From: a virus
Lineage: Duplodnaviria > Heunggongvirae > Uroviricota > Caudoviricetes
Length of the DNA stretch: 64,000 bases
IMG/VR virus record: IMGVR_UViG_3300045450_000131
Span: 97,228 to 161,227 of that record
Direction: 5' to 3' (one strand)
The notes under the pieces are model-generated. The model was not told the DNA's origin, searched no databases, and saw nothing but the letters and a program-made list of their open reading frames with translations. Position numbers and translations under genes: made by a program. Below are positions 17,640 to 27,394 of this stretch, piece by piece. The first letter of the stretch is position 1. Each line of letters starts with the position of its first letter.

Positions 17640-20222
17640 TTACTGCGCCTTTAGAGAAGCAACTTCCGATTTTAATTCCTTAACTTGGCCTGATAGTTCC
17701 TTTACCGCCTCAACCAATAACGCAATAACGCCATTGTGGTCTAAAGCAAGTAAGTCGCCTGTGTTAGTTTCACGATTGTAATTTTGTGGGACAATAACAG
17801 CCTCTGGTAAAATATCATATACATCCTGAGCAAAGAGGTGGGCCTTAGTGGGATGCTCAGTCATGCTGTTTGTAGTTGTCTGGTCACTTCTCTTACCAGT
17901 ATAACCAGTTAACTTTTCCAACTTTTCAAGCGCATTTGAAATTTTAACGTTATCGTATTTTACTCGATTGTCTGAGGTTGAAACCCATCCGCCAGAAGAT
18001 GTTCCCTGGCCACTACTGTTCATTGTAAAAATGGCGCCATTAATATCCCACTGGAAATATGCAAATTGACCAGATAGGTGTCTGCAGTAAAATCTAGCAT
18101 TTGTGCCAATGGCGGTATCCGCAATAATTAATTGACCATACTTATCGTCTGTACCACCATTTGCATACGATTGAACATTCAATGCATAACCTGTATTAAC
18201 TCCACCAGGAATAGTATAAAAGCCTTTTGCCTGTGTATTTTTTCCAATGTACAAATTACTTTGTACATTGGAATCACCTGCATTATTGCACCAAAATGTT
18301 CTGTCAATAAACACTCCATTAGTTGGATTATATCGATAAAATCCAGCTACATCATCAATGTCACTTTGACTAAGCATCATTGCCCAGCTGACAGTCCCAT
18401 TTAACGCCCCGTAAATCACATTACTGCCACTGTTTACGGTTCTATTCAAAGTGATAGAAGGGCTTGTGTTGGTAATAATAATGGCGGAGTTTGCGTTATT
18501 AGTTTTAGTAATAAACAGTGTATCAGACATAGTATCACCAGACTTTAATACTCTTAAGTTATCAGCTGCTGACTGCGCAGCTGAAACTGGCTTATTAGCA
18601 TCAGAAGTGTTATCAACATTGCCTAAATTAACATCCGCCTTTGTAATAGATAGTGCGTGAGTATGAGTTACACCCGTCGTGGAGTTAGTAGTGTTGCCAG
18701 ATAAAGTGGAAGGAATACCTAGAGAAATGGTTCTGTCGTTAGTTAAATCACCACCGCCAGTTAAACCATTTCCTGCAGTTACTGCTCTGTTATTTTTAAC
18801 AGCGTCTGTAATACCAAAACCAGATAACGTAGTTGGATTAGAACCTGCCGTAACGCGACCCTTGTTGTCAGTAGTTACCTTGAAATAATCGCCGGCTGTG
18901 CCAACATTAGTTAATGCAATTTTAGCTAGAGGGTCGGTAGAGCCAGTGTTATTGTCTGTAGTTAAGAATAAACCACCTCCGCTATATAAACTTGCACTGA
19001 TGGTGCCATTCTCTGAAATGATAATACCAGCCCCAGCCCCATTAATTGATGGCTTTGAGAATTCTGAGAATGTGATGGCGCTGGAGCCTAAGTCAGTGAC
19101 AGTGCCAGATTGCACCCAGGTAGTTTTGTTATTTCTATTACCGGATAATACTAAAACTGCTGAGTTGTTAATTTCAATCGGGGTGTTAAAGTCTTGCGCT
19201 CTTGCCCATCCACTTGAGCTTGCAACCCAGATGCCGTTTTCACCTTGATTGGTTTGGTTCTTAACTAGAACTCGATCACCTTCAGATAAGAAAACAGTAT
19301 CGATAGTTTGTAAGCCACTGAGAGCAATATTCTCAGTGGTTGCTACCTTGACAGAGCCGACCCAGTGTAAACCCTGAACGAAGTTATCAACGTATTCCTT
19401 ATTCACTGCGTCGGTTAGTAAAACCGGTGTGCCTACATTACGAATCTTATTGCCGCCGACATTCAAGTCGGCAAGCATGCTATTGCTACCGTCGGTTAGT
19501 AACTTGCCACTGTTAATTTGATTTAACCTATCTGGTAAGGTAGAAGAGCCTAAGTATGTGTTTAGACCTGACACTTTGTTAATGTCCACCACCCCCACCG
19601 TAATGCCATTAATTAAGTTACGCTGGCTCGAGGTCAAGTGTCTATCTTGGTCATTAATGTGATTATTCAAGTCAGTTCTTAGACTGTCAGTTGTATTTGA
19701 CGTGTTGCTTGTTAAGTTAGCAATGTCGGTAGTTTGCTTTGCATTAACATTAACAATATCATCCAACTGGCTCTGAACATTTGACTTAACATTAACTAGC
19801 TGATTGACGTTATTGGCAGTTAAACTAGGGAAGTTTAAATTGTTTAAAAATGTCTTCTGATCCGATGTAACATGTTTTGTGTTATCAGAAATGTGGCTAT
19901 TAAGATTACCAGCTAAATTATCTAGCGACGTCTTAATGCTGGGAATATTATTAATAGTATTTCCATCAACAGTAATTGAATCAAGTAAATTTCTGCGAGT
20001 GAAATTTAAGTGAATGTCTTGGTTTTCAACGTGATTAACAAGATCAGCCGCGTCAGCAAGTAAGTTCCACCCATTCGTGGCATACGTATATAATCCAGTT
20101 TTTCCGGTTGTTAAAAAGAATAACTCACCCACGCTACCGTCATTTGGAAATATTTCACCTGACGCGACGGTAGCGTTGGCAATAGAGCTACCTTCAGTAA
20201 TTTTTGGGCTGTCAATAAGCAT
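17640..20222 (-). CDS. Tail fibre / receptor-binding protein with C-terminal S74-type intramolecular chaperone
   Basis: H..D...HLT repeats, fibre shaft motifs (VGLGNVDNTSD-like, HTH), and a C-terminal SD.R.K...I.NAL.K...L.G....LVEAVKEL coiled coil. Confidence 0.88.
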   Translation of the reverse strand: MLIDSPKITEGSSIANATVASGEIFPNDGSVGELFFLTTGKTGLYTYATNGWNLLADAADLVNHVENQDIHLNFTRRNLLDSITVDGNTINNIPSIKTSLDNLAGNLNSHISDNTKHVTSDQKTFLNNLNFPSLTANNVNQLVNVKSNVQSQLDDIVNVNAKQTTDIANLTSNTSNTTDSLRTDLNNHINDQDRHLTSSQRNLINGITVGVVDINKVSGLNTYLGSSTLPDRLNQINSGKLLTDGSNSMLADLNVGGNKIRNVGTPVLLTDAVNKEYVDNFVQGLHWVGSVKVATTENIALSGLQTIDTVFLSEGDRVLVKNQTNQGENGIWVASSSGWARAQDFNTPIEINNSAVLVLSGNRNNKTTWVQSGTVTDLGSSAITFSEFSKPSINGAGAGIIISENGTISASLYSGGGLFLTTDNNTGSTDPLAKIALTNVGTAGDYFKVTTDNKGRVTAGSNPTTLSGFGITDAVKNNRAVTAGNGLTGGGDLTNDRTISLGIPSTLSGNTTNSTTGVTHTHALSITKADVNLGNVDNTSDANKPVSAAQSAADNLRVLKSGDTMSDTLFITKTNNANSAIIITNTSPSITLNRTVNSGSNVIYGALNGTVSWAMMLSQSDIDDVAGFYRYNPTNGVFIDRTFWCNNAGDSNVQSNLYIGKNTQAKGFYTIPGGVNTGYALNVQSYANGGTDDKYGQLIIADTAIGTNARFYCRHLSGQFAYFQWDINGAIFTMNSSGQGTSSGGWVSTSDNRVKYDNVKISNALEKLEKLTGYTGKRSDQTTTNSMTEHPTKAHLFAQDVYDILPEAVIVPQNYNRETNTGDLLALDHNGVIALLVEAVKELSGQVKELKSEVASLKAQ

Positions 20223-20246
20223 GTTTTAACCTCTTTTCAATGAGGC

Positions 20247-20254
20247 TATTTATT
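20247..20254 (-). promoter_or_regulatory. Late promoter-like AATAAATA
   Basis: About 25 nt upstream of the fibre start at 20222. Confidence 0.55.
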
Positions 20255-20269
20255 TCCACCCTAGGTATT

Positions 20270-21541
20270 TCAATACCATTCTAATAAAATAAAACCGTTA
20301 GATCCGGCAGCGCCAATGGAGCCTGAGCCTGAGTTAGTAAATGATCCTCCACCACCTCCACCTCCAGCCCCAAAACCAGCCGCATTTATACCAGGTCTAG
20401 ACCCACCGTCTCGTCCTTTCCCCGGACCGCCTCCAGGCCCAAACATAGAACTAGCACCAGCTCCACCATGACTTCCGTTGCTACCATATACGCCATCATC
20501 ACCAAATGCGCCGCTCGGATATCCAGTTCCACCAGCTCCACCCGCCGCGGAAGTTTGAACAGATAGACCACCCTTACCGCCACCACCACCGGCCAGGAAT
20601 GGAACGATTTGTGTAATTGCATCACCGGTAATTCCAACGCTACTTGCGCCACCATTGGCGCCATCTGCACCATTTATACCTGAGCCGCCAGATGTCCCAC
20701 CAGTTCCACCTAATCCAACAATTACGGTTATGTTAGTGCCAGCCACGACATTAAATTTAGATTTGTAGACATATTGCCCAGCCCCACCGCCCCCACCACC
20801 GGAACCGACCCTATTTCCCATTAAACCAGCAACTACAGAGCCAGCACCCCCACCCCCACCCCCACCCGCTCCGCAGCCAGAAACAAACATTGCAGTTGCC
20901 CCAGCCGGGACATTAATATTGCCTGAAGATAGGAATAATGTAGGCTGAATGACCATTCTAATGGTCTTATCAACGTAGTCCTTATTTGCGCCATCAGTTG
21001 CCGCGGCAGGTGTAGCGACGTTTTTTAATTTAAAGCCAGCAATGTTCAAATCAGCCAGCATAAAATTCGTGCCATCAACATTTAACTTACTTGAAGTTAA
21101 TAATGATAGTTTTGTGCTGATATTATCAGCACCTAAGTAGGTCGCAATGCCAGTTAGCTTGTTTACTTCCGCCGCAGTCACCGTGATGTTGTCAATGAAG
21201 GTGTTTTGAGATGTAGTTAAGTGCTTATTAAAATCTAAGATGTGATTTGATAAATCGGTTGATAATGAACCAGTAGTGGTAATTAAATCAGCGACCTTAT
21301 TAATTTGGGTAGCTTGAGTTGTGGTAAGGTGGATTGCTGAATTTGTGGCGTGATTAGCAAGTTCTTCCGCCTTGCTAAGTAACTTCCACCCTCCACTCAT
21401 GTAGGCGTGTAAGCCTATATTCCCGGCCATAAGAAAGAACAATTCCCCAACATCGGGGCTGCTAGGGAATGTATTACCTGAAGGGATAGTCGCATTTATA
21501 ATTGCGGACCCTTCGGCGATGTGCGGATTATGAATAAGCAT
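20270..21541 (-). CDS. Tail fibre-like protein with glycine-rich C-terminal domain
   Basis: N-terminus shared with the 17640 protein; GAGGGGGGG repeats; ends G.NG.I..EW. Confidence 0.8.
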   Translation of the reverse strand: MLIHNPHIAEGSAIINATIPSGNTFPSSPDVGELFFLMAGNIGLHAYMSGGWKLLSKAEELANHATNSAIHLTTTQATQINKVADLITTTGSLSTDLSNHILDFNKHLTTSQNTFIDNITVTAAEVNKLTGIATYLGADNISTKLSLLTSSKLNVDGTNFMLADLNIAGFKLKNVATPAAATDGANKDYVDKTIRMVIQPTLFLSSGNINVPAGATAMFVSGCGAGGGGGGGAGSVVAGLMGNRVGSGGGGGGAGQYVYKSKFNVVAGTNITVIVGLGGTGGTSGGSGINGADGANGGASSVGITGDAITQIVPFLAGGGGGKGGLSVQTSAAGGAGGTGYPSGAFGDDGVYGSNGSHGGAGASSMFGPGGGPGKGRDGGSRPGINAAGFGAGGGGGGGSFTNSGSGSIGAAGSNGFILLEWY

Positions 21542-21571
21542 TTTTAATTCCCCAGCTTTACATTAACCGAG

Positions 21572-21579
21572 TATTTATA
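21572..21579 (-). promoter_or_regulatory. T4-type late promoter TATAAATA
   Basis: Exact consensus about 30 nt upstream of 21541. Confidence 0.7.
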
Positions 21580-21594
21580 AAATGCTTATTATTT

Positions 21595-24330
21595 TTAACT
21601 CCATTTACGAATAAGAATATCAGCTAATTGTTTAACTTCTGCTGCTGACAGCGGTGCGTTATGCACAATAGCCTCACCGATAATACCATTATATGCAAAC
21701 TGTGTATTATCGGTGGTCTTGCAGTAACCTAATCTCATGCTATTCGCAACTGCCTGCAGCGCGCTAGATGGGATAGAGCCATTACTAACTCTAATACCGT
21801 TTAGATACAAATAGTACCCAACAGTGTCTTCAACAATAGTTATAATGCACATGCTGCCATTAGGAACATCTACATTTGACCCATAGCTTGACCCGCTGTT
21901 CCCCGCGCTAATCTTATCGCCCGGCAAATAAATTGATCTGAACCCACCTACTGTATCAATTGAGCCAATTGAAATGGGAATTGCAGCGGCTGAACCTAAA
22001 TTATTATAATAGATCTGTGCTAAAGTTAATGTAAGGCCAGTAGAAGCAGTTACATTATGATTTGCAGTAGTAGATTCTAAAGTAATCTTATTTGATAATA
22101 CTCCGCCAAATCTAATACCAGGCTTGCCATTAAACGCATTTAGCAACAACGTAGGCTTTATCGTAGATGCGCTTAATGTGCCGCCGACACCACCGACACC
22201 GGACCAAGAATTAACTTGATTATTTGTTAAAGACAGAGTTCCTATCATAGTAGCATCATAACGCGCGGTGATTTTAGCCTGTTGTGGATATGCCTCTATT
22301 GCATAGATTGATGCTGGTGGTACAAAGTTAGAAGTATATCTTGCAACTCCCTTAGTGACTCTTAAATTATCAATAATACAATTCTGCGCGCTCGAGCCAA
22401 TAGTAATATAATTATCAGAGGTGTCAAATGCCTTTATTGCAACGGCACCCGCAGAAATCCCGTCAACGTATAAAGTCAAAGTGTTAGCCGCAGAATTTTG
22501 AACTAATGCAACATGATACCATTTTAGCGGAATTATACTAATTGATGAACTGAGCGCCGCCGCGCTTTGGGAATAATTATAATTAGATAAGCCAATCTTT
22601 CCAGGGCTGACATTATGTGAAGAGAAAATGTGCCATGAATTTGTTGAGCCCCAATCAGCACCACCTTGAATCAATTTTACAAATTCAGTTTGCTTAGTTA
22701 AGGTTTTAAAACTAAACTCTATAGTAAAATCTCCCGTGCCAAATGCAAACCTCGAAGCGGTAGGAGTTACGAGAGTCTGATTATTAAACAAAAGCCCCTT
22801 ATTGCTAATTCCATCATCAATAACTGACACGCCGGAATTCGTAAACGTGGTTGCATTTACAGATAAGTCTATTAATCCTGAATCGGCATTTACTAACAAT
22901 GAATTGCTGGTATAAAACTGATCGCTGCTTTCTGTAGTCTTATTGAGCGAGTCATATGATAATACAGCTGGAATAAAATTGCGAGAAAAAATACCAGTTC
23001 CATTATGAAAAACGAACTCGTCAATTGAGAAAACACCTACAGCGTTTTGCGGAGAATTGTTTCCAATATATGGGCCCCGCCCACTAATATTAAGGTAATT
23101 TACCGTATCAGCCCCGCTGGCTTCTTGAATGCCATTTACAAATAACTTTAAAATGCCGTTTTTTCTGGAGGCCGCTACGTGCATCCAGCCCGCATTAAAT
23201 AAATTAGTAGTGCCGGATAATGTGTATGCTCCATTAACATACCACGCAAGTACGCCTGAAGGTAAAACAGCAAGCACGGGATATGCCCCGTTTCCTGAGC
23301 TGCCGTCAAATAATGGCTTTTCTCCATGTGCAGAATCTACACTAACCCACATTTGAATTGTGAAGTCATTGTTTCCTATTGCCCAAAACGGTGAAGCCGC
23401 AAATACGAAATCTCTACGAGTTGCAGTACCAGCCAATCTATAAGAAGAGCTTCCAATTTTCTTAGTACTTGTATCTAACGTAAATGTAGAAACTGTGTTA
23501 TTTGAGATTAGTGTAGTTTGACCAAGGCGGGCAGCTCCCAGGTCTGTTAACTTATCATCTTCAAAATTTACATATACTGTTGGCTTAACATATGGTGTTG
23601 TTAATGTAGAAGATAATACTGGTGTAGAAGTTATTCTTTGTGTCGGGACTTCAAATGGCGCAGTATATAAGGCAAAACCATTAATGAATAAAATATCTTC
23701 CATTTGGCCCTGTATTGGATACACACTTACATCCTGTCCTGCGCGACCAATCATTGGTCTATTAGCACCCTGAACGTAATTGTTAGTATCTGCATAAGAA
23801 ATACCTTCTTGCACTCCATTGATAAACTGTCTAGTTATGCCTTTACTTCGGCTTAGTGCAACGTGAGTCCAAACGTTATTCTGTATAGCTGTGCTTGCGG
23901 TGATTGCAGTAGTTGCAGCTTTGGGATAGAATTTTAAAATGCCAGTATCGTTAATTGACCAGTTAATATAAACGCCAGACCCTCCAGATGGCCTGAAATC
24001 TAAAATCATTCTTTCGCCAGAACTGCTAGCATTTAATTTTAGCCATAATGAGATTGTAAAGTCATTTAATCCAAATGCAAGTGCATTACCAGTAGAAGTA
24101 TCATTATTCAGATAAATCTGACTGTTAGACGTGTTAAAGAAATCAATAGATGACCCGAATTTTGATGTATTATCGGTTATTAGCTGTGTGTTGGTCTGTA
24201 CGTGAGTAATTACTGGATTAGACTCATTAGAAATGGTTGAAACCCCGCTCATATAGAACGTGGCAGGAACAGGAGTACTCCTGTTCACAACCTCGCTATT
24301 TTTTGTAAAACCTGGTTGTAAGTTAAACAT
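21595..24330 (-). CDS. Virion protein with tandem LamG/concanavalin-A-like lectin domains
   Basis: Three repeats of F..G..DFTI..W...W.HVA..R......L..NG...ID.LR.TKG.A.Y..NF, plus a fourth jelly-roll-like C-terminal domain. Confidence 0.82.
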   Translation of the reverse strand: MFNLQPGFTKNSEVVNRSTPVPATFYMSGVSTISNESNPVITHVQTNTQLITDNTSKFGSSIDFFNTSNSQIYLNNDTSTGNALAFGLNDFTISLWLKLNASSSGERMILDFRPSGGSGVYINWSINDTGILKFYPKAATTAITASTAIQNNVWTHVALSRSKGITRQFINGVQEGISYADTNNYVQGANRPMIGRAGQDVSVYPIQGQMEDILFINGFALYTAPFEVPTQRITSTPVLSSTLTTPYVKPTVYVNFEDDKLTDLGAARLGQTTLISNNTVSTFTLDTSTKKIGSSSYRLAGTATRRDFVFAASPFWAIGNNDFTIQMWVSVDSAHGEKPLFDGSSGNGAYPVLAVLPSGVLAWYVNGAYTLSGTTNLFNAGWMHVAASRKNGILKLFVNGIQEASGADTVNYLNISGRGPYIGNNSPQNAVGVFSIDEFVFHNGTGIFSRNFIPAVLSYDSLNKTTESSDQFYTSNSLLVNADSGLIDLSVNATTFTNSGVSVIDDGISNKGLLFNNQTLVTPTASRFAFGTGDFTIEFSFKTLTKQTEFVKLIQGGADWGSTNSWHIFSSHNVSPGKIGLSNYNYSQSAAALSSSISIIPLKWYHVALVQNSAANTLTLYVDGISAGAVAIKAFDTSDNYITIGSSAQNCIIDNLRVTKGVARYTSNFVPPASIYAIEAYPQQAKITARYDATMIGTLSLTNNQVNSWSGVGGVGGTLSASTIKPTLLLNAFNGKPGIRFGGVLSNKITLESTTANHNVTASTGLTLTLAQIYYNNLGSAAAIPISIGSIDTVGGFRSIYLPGDKISAGNSGSSYGSNVDVPNGSMCIITIVEDTVGYYLYLNGIRVSNGSIPSSALQAVANSMRLGYCKTTDNTQFAYNGIIGEAIVHNAPLSAAEVKQLADILIRKWS

Positions 24331-27300
24331 TATCTAAAGTCCTTGTTCATGGAGCAAATTAGAATACCTAAAGGTGCATCATAGACCGCGGTTAAGAAGT
24401 CTACAGAGTTAGGTGCTGGCGATGTAGATGGAACGTTTCCACCAGAAAACTTATACATGGACCCGTAAGATAGATTTCTACCACCAGTCGCATCTTGCGC
24501 AATGCGAATGTTCAGCACTTGGCCATCAACTAAGTTGGTCGGGTTCGCCAATCCTCTGTTACCACCAAGAGTAACTCTGAAATTGTTAGATAAAGATGCA
24601 TCAATCGCGATTGATGCTGCATCAGTTAATGTTGTAGGTGTTACAACTTGTGCAGCAGTAAAAGTATTGGCGCCATTAGTTACATTCCCAGCTGCCTTCC
24701 AACCGTTAGAATAGAAATAAAATCTATTGTTTGTGGTATCTACATGGATTGGCGCGCGGCCGGTAAATAAAGTTGGGGCACCGGTAGGAGCACCTGCAGA
24801 AGCTGTAATGTGTAAGAAACCATTGGTCGCGTTAGTTGCTAATGCGCCATAACCGACAACCAAGTTACCATCTGTAGTTACTGTAAATCTTCTTAGATCT
24901 TTTGTAAAGATACAAGCTCTTTGGTTGCCGTTAGTATAATAGTATGAGTCGTTTGACTGTAATCCAGAAGAAACAACTGCTGCATCAGTCACGCCACCTG
25001 CTGACATCTGTCCTAAGTAGGTAGATCCTGAAGCACCCCTAAATGATATATCTGCTTGAGCGCTAGATCCAGTGTTGGTATTGACCATCAATAATCTATT
25101 GCCCACGTTAGCATTTCTAACAATTTGCAATAAGCTGTTAGCTCCAGGATCAGAAACATCTGCAGATGTGCCAAGTAGCATATAACCGGCGGCGGTCAGC
25201 CTCATCTTTTCAGACCCAGCGACTGCAAATGCATAATAACCAGATGTTGTCTGTGTGGAATCTCCGACGTGCGCCCATAAACCCGCATCATTGCTTAGTG
25301 ACCAACCATAACACGCAGTGCTTGAGAAGTTACCTAAAGATAACTTTAACTGCTGATTGGTAGGTGCTGCAGAATTAGTATAAGATGTATCTAAAGCAAT
25401 TTGTGATGGAGTTGCTGTAGCATTGTTTGCTGGCTGAGCACCGAATACAAACTTATTACCAACGGCTGTAGCATTAGCAGCACCTATGGCGCCATTGTTA
25501 TTAATTTGGAATTGGGTGTTTGCGCCTGCAGCTGCAGCTTGAGCGGTAACGGTTCCCCATGTCGGTGCTGCACCTGGGCCTTGATTAATTAGGGCCTGGC
25601 CGGCAGTACCGTTAGTGCCGATTAATGCGGTGTTTGGAATACCAGTTAAGGAAGCGCCAGAACCAGAGAATGAAGTTGCAGATAATACACCTGCCTTAGT
25701 CAAGCGCATTTTTTCTGTATTGCCAACTGACCATGCAAAGTAACCATTACCATTTTGGTCAGTAGCGTGAGACCAGAAACCAGAATCGTTAGATACGCCC
25801 ATACCATACGCTTCAGTTAAGCCACTTGAAGTGTAGGTCTTTAAGTAGAACTTGAGCTGAGTTGCAGCAGGAGTTGCAGAGTTTGCAACTGTATTGTCTA
25901 GCTGAATATAAGCTGGGGTTGCAGTCTGGTTTAAGTTGAAGTTTCTGGTAGAACCAAAATAGGCGCTATCACCAGACACACTAATTGAAGATGCACCAAA
26001 CTGGCCATTATTATTGAATTGCAAGTAGCCCGACCCACCCGCTGGTGGATATGAAGTTGTGGTCGCTGGAGTTGTCCAGGTAGGAACTCCATTCCCGCTT
26101 GATGTTAGTACTTGACCACTAGAACCATAATTGGAATTAGAAGTGCCTAAAGATAAAGCGCCTGTACCAGTAATACGTAATCTTTGCGTTCTAGTACTAC
26201 CAGCATACGTGTTAAAGATAATAGAGCTTGATTCTTTGTATGAACCGTCAAAACCTTGGCCCGCGCGGCCGCCCGTTAGGGTTAAGTCACCACCCGGGCT
26301 GCCCAGCTGATCACTTCCGCCATAATAACCACCAGCACCTGCTTCTAGGTTTAGATTACCGCCATTCTTTGCACCACCCGCACCACCAATGCCAGCGTCA
26401 CCGTTACCACCCTGAATATTAACATGGTGGGCTTGGTTATTATATGAACCGTTAACACCCGCAATAGTTAAAATTGCTGCAGATAGGGCCGTAGCCGCAG
26501 GGTCCGCAGGATTATAACTAGCACCTAAGCTGCTTCTAATTGAACCGCTTGCCTGTAAAGTTAAGTTTGAAAGTCTTCCTAACGTTGTTAGTGAAGAATT
26601 GACAACGTTAGAAGCGAGTGTAGTTCCAGTCAAGGTACCAGCATCTCCTCCACTGCCCGTTAAAGTGATAACACCAGTTGCTGCATTGTAAGACCCACCA
26701 GACCCTGTTACTGAGATTGCGCTTCTTGCGCGCGCATCTGTATAATATAGATTAGCGCCTTCTGTAATGTCTGCGGTAGTTAAAACAACCTGACCTACTT
26801 TGTTATTGACAGAAGTAACACCACCTTGAGATAGAAGTTCTTGCCAAGAAGCAACTTGTGTGGCGTCATCCTCCTTTAAAATAAAGGACTTTGATAAATC
26901 CGTTCTAATTGCAACGTCGCCACGCTCTGCGCCTAAAGCAAGCATCGCAGCCTGAGACGCGACTACAAATGTGTCAGTAATTGCAATCGCCGGTAGTTGA
27001 GCAAAGTCGATTTTGTTATTAACTAGCCTTGCTGGAGTATACCCAAGCGCGGAAATTACCGTGGAAGAAGTTAGATCTGGAATTGCAGGTAGCTGAGCTG
27101 GTAAAACCTTACCGTCAGTTCCCAATCTAGCTGGTGTGTAACCTAATCCAGCAACAATAGATGCATTGTCTAATTTTAAATCTCCGCTGATGCCCTTCCA
27201 AGTCGAGCCGTCATAGATTTTCATCCCCCCATCTGTGCCCCTCAAGAAGAATAACTGCCCTTGAGATGCGGTTGAAGGTAGGGTAGTACCACCTTCAACC

Positions 27301-27353
27301 TTAAAGTTCATCGCTGTAGAAACGCCTAGTAGTTGTAAGCCGTCAGAAATCAT
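24330..27353 (-). CDS. Long tail fibre protein
   Basis: ALGYTPA repeats, VTSVN.KVG.V.L, DI.EG.NLYYT.ARA and EKMRLT..G repeats typical of fibres. Confidence 0.85.
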   Translation of the reverse strand: MISDGLQLLGVSTAMNFKVEGGTTLPSTASQGQLFFLRGTDGGMKIYDGSTWKGISGDLKLDNASIVAGLGYTPARLGTDGKVLPAQLPAIPDLTSSTVISALGYTPARLVNNKIDFAQLPAIAITDTFVVASQAAMLALGAERGDVAIRTDLSKSFILKEDDATQVASWQELLSQGGVTSVNNKVGQVVLTTADITEGANLYYTDARARSAISVTGSGGSYNAATGVITLTGSGGDAGTLTGTTLASNVVNSSLTTLGRLSNLTLQASGSIRSSLGASYNPADPAATALSAAILTIAGVNGSYNNQAHHVNIQGGNGDAGIGGAGGAKNGGNLNLEAGAGGYYGGSDQLGSPGGDLTLTGGRAGQGFDGSYKESSSIIFNTYAGSTRTQRLRITGTGALSLGTSNSNYGSSGQVLTSSGNGVPTWTTPATTTSYPPAGGSGYLQFNNNGQFGASSISVSGDSAYFGSTRNFNLNQTATPAYIQLDNTVANSATPAATQLKFYLKTYTSSGLTEAYGMGVSNDSGFWSHATDQNGNGYFAWSVGNTEKMRLTKAGVLSATSFSGSGASLTGIPNTALIGTNGTAGQALINQGPGAAPTWGTVTAQAAAAGANTQFQINNNGAIGAANATAVGNKFVFGAQPANNATATPSQIALDTSYTNSAAPTNQQLKLSLGNFSSTACYGWSLSNDAGLWAHVGDSTQTTSGYYAFAVAGSEKMRLTAAGYMLLGTSADVSDPGANSLLQIVRNANVGNRLLMVNTNTGSSAQADISFRGASGSTYLGQMSAGGVTDAAVVSSGLQSNDSYYYTNGNQRACIFTKDLRRFTVTTDGNLVVGYGALATNATNGFLHITASAGAPTGAPTLFTGRAPIHVDTTNNRFYFYSNGWKAAGNVTNGANTFTAAQVVTPTTLTDAASIAIDASLSNNFRVTLGGNRGLANPTNLVDGQVLNIRIAQDATGGRNLSYGSMYKFSGGNVPSTSPAPNSVDFLTAVYDAPLGILICSMNKDFR

Positions 27354-27380
27354 GAATAGTTCCCTTTATGATGCAGGAAC

Positions 27381-27388
27381 TATTTATG
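27381..27388 (-). promoter_or_regulatory. Late promoter-like CATAAATA
   Basis: About 28 nt upstream of the fibre operon start. Confidence 0.65.
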
Positions 27389-27394
27389 ATGATT

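Noticed and set aside
20270-21000. Locally GC-rich stretch suggesting horizontal acquisition
   Set aside because: Explained by poly-Gly coding (GGN codons) in the Gly-rich fibre domain.
17640-27353. Diversity-generating retroelement or invertible fibre switch
   Set aside because: No reverse transcriptase, template/variable repeat pair, invertase or flanking inverted sites were seen in the window.
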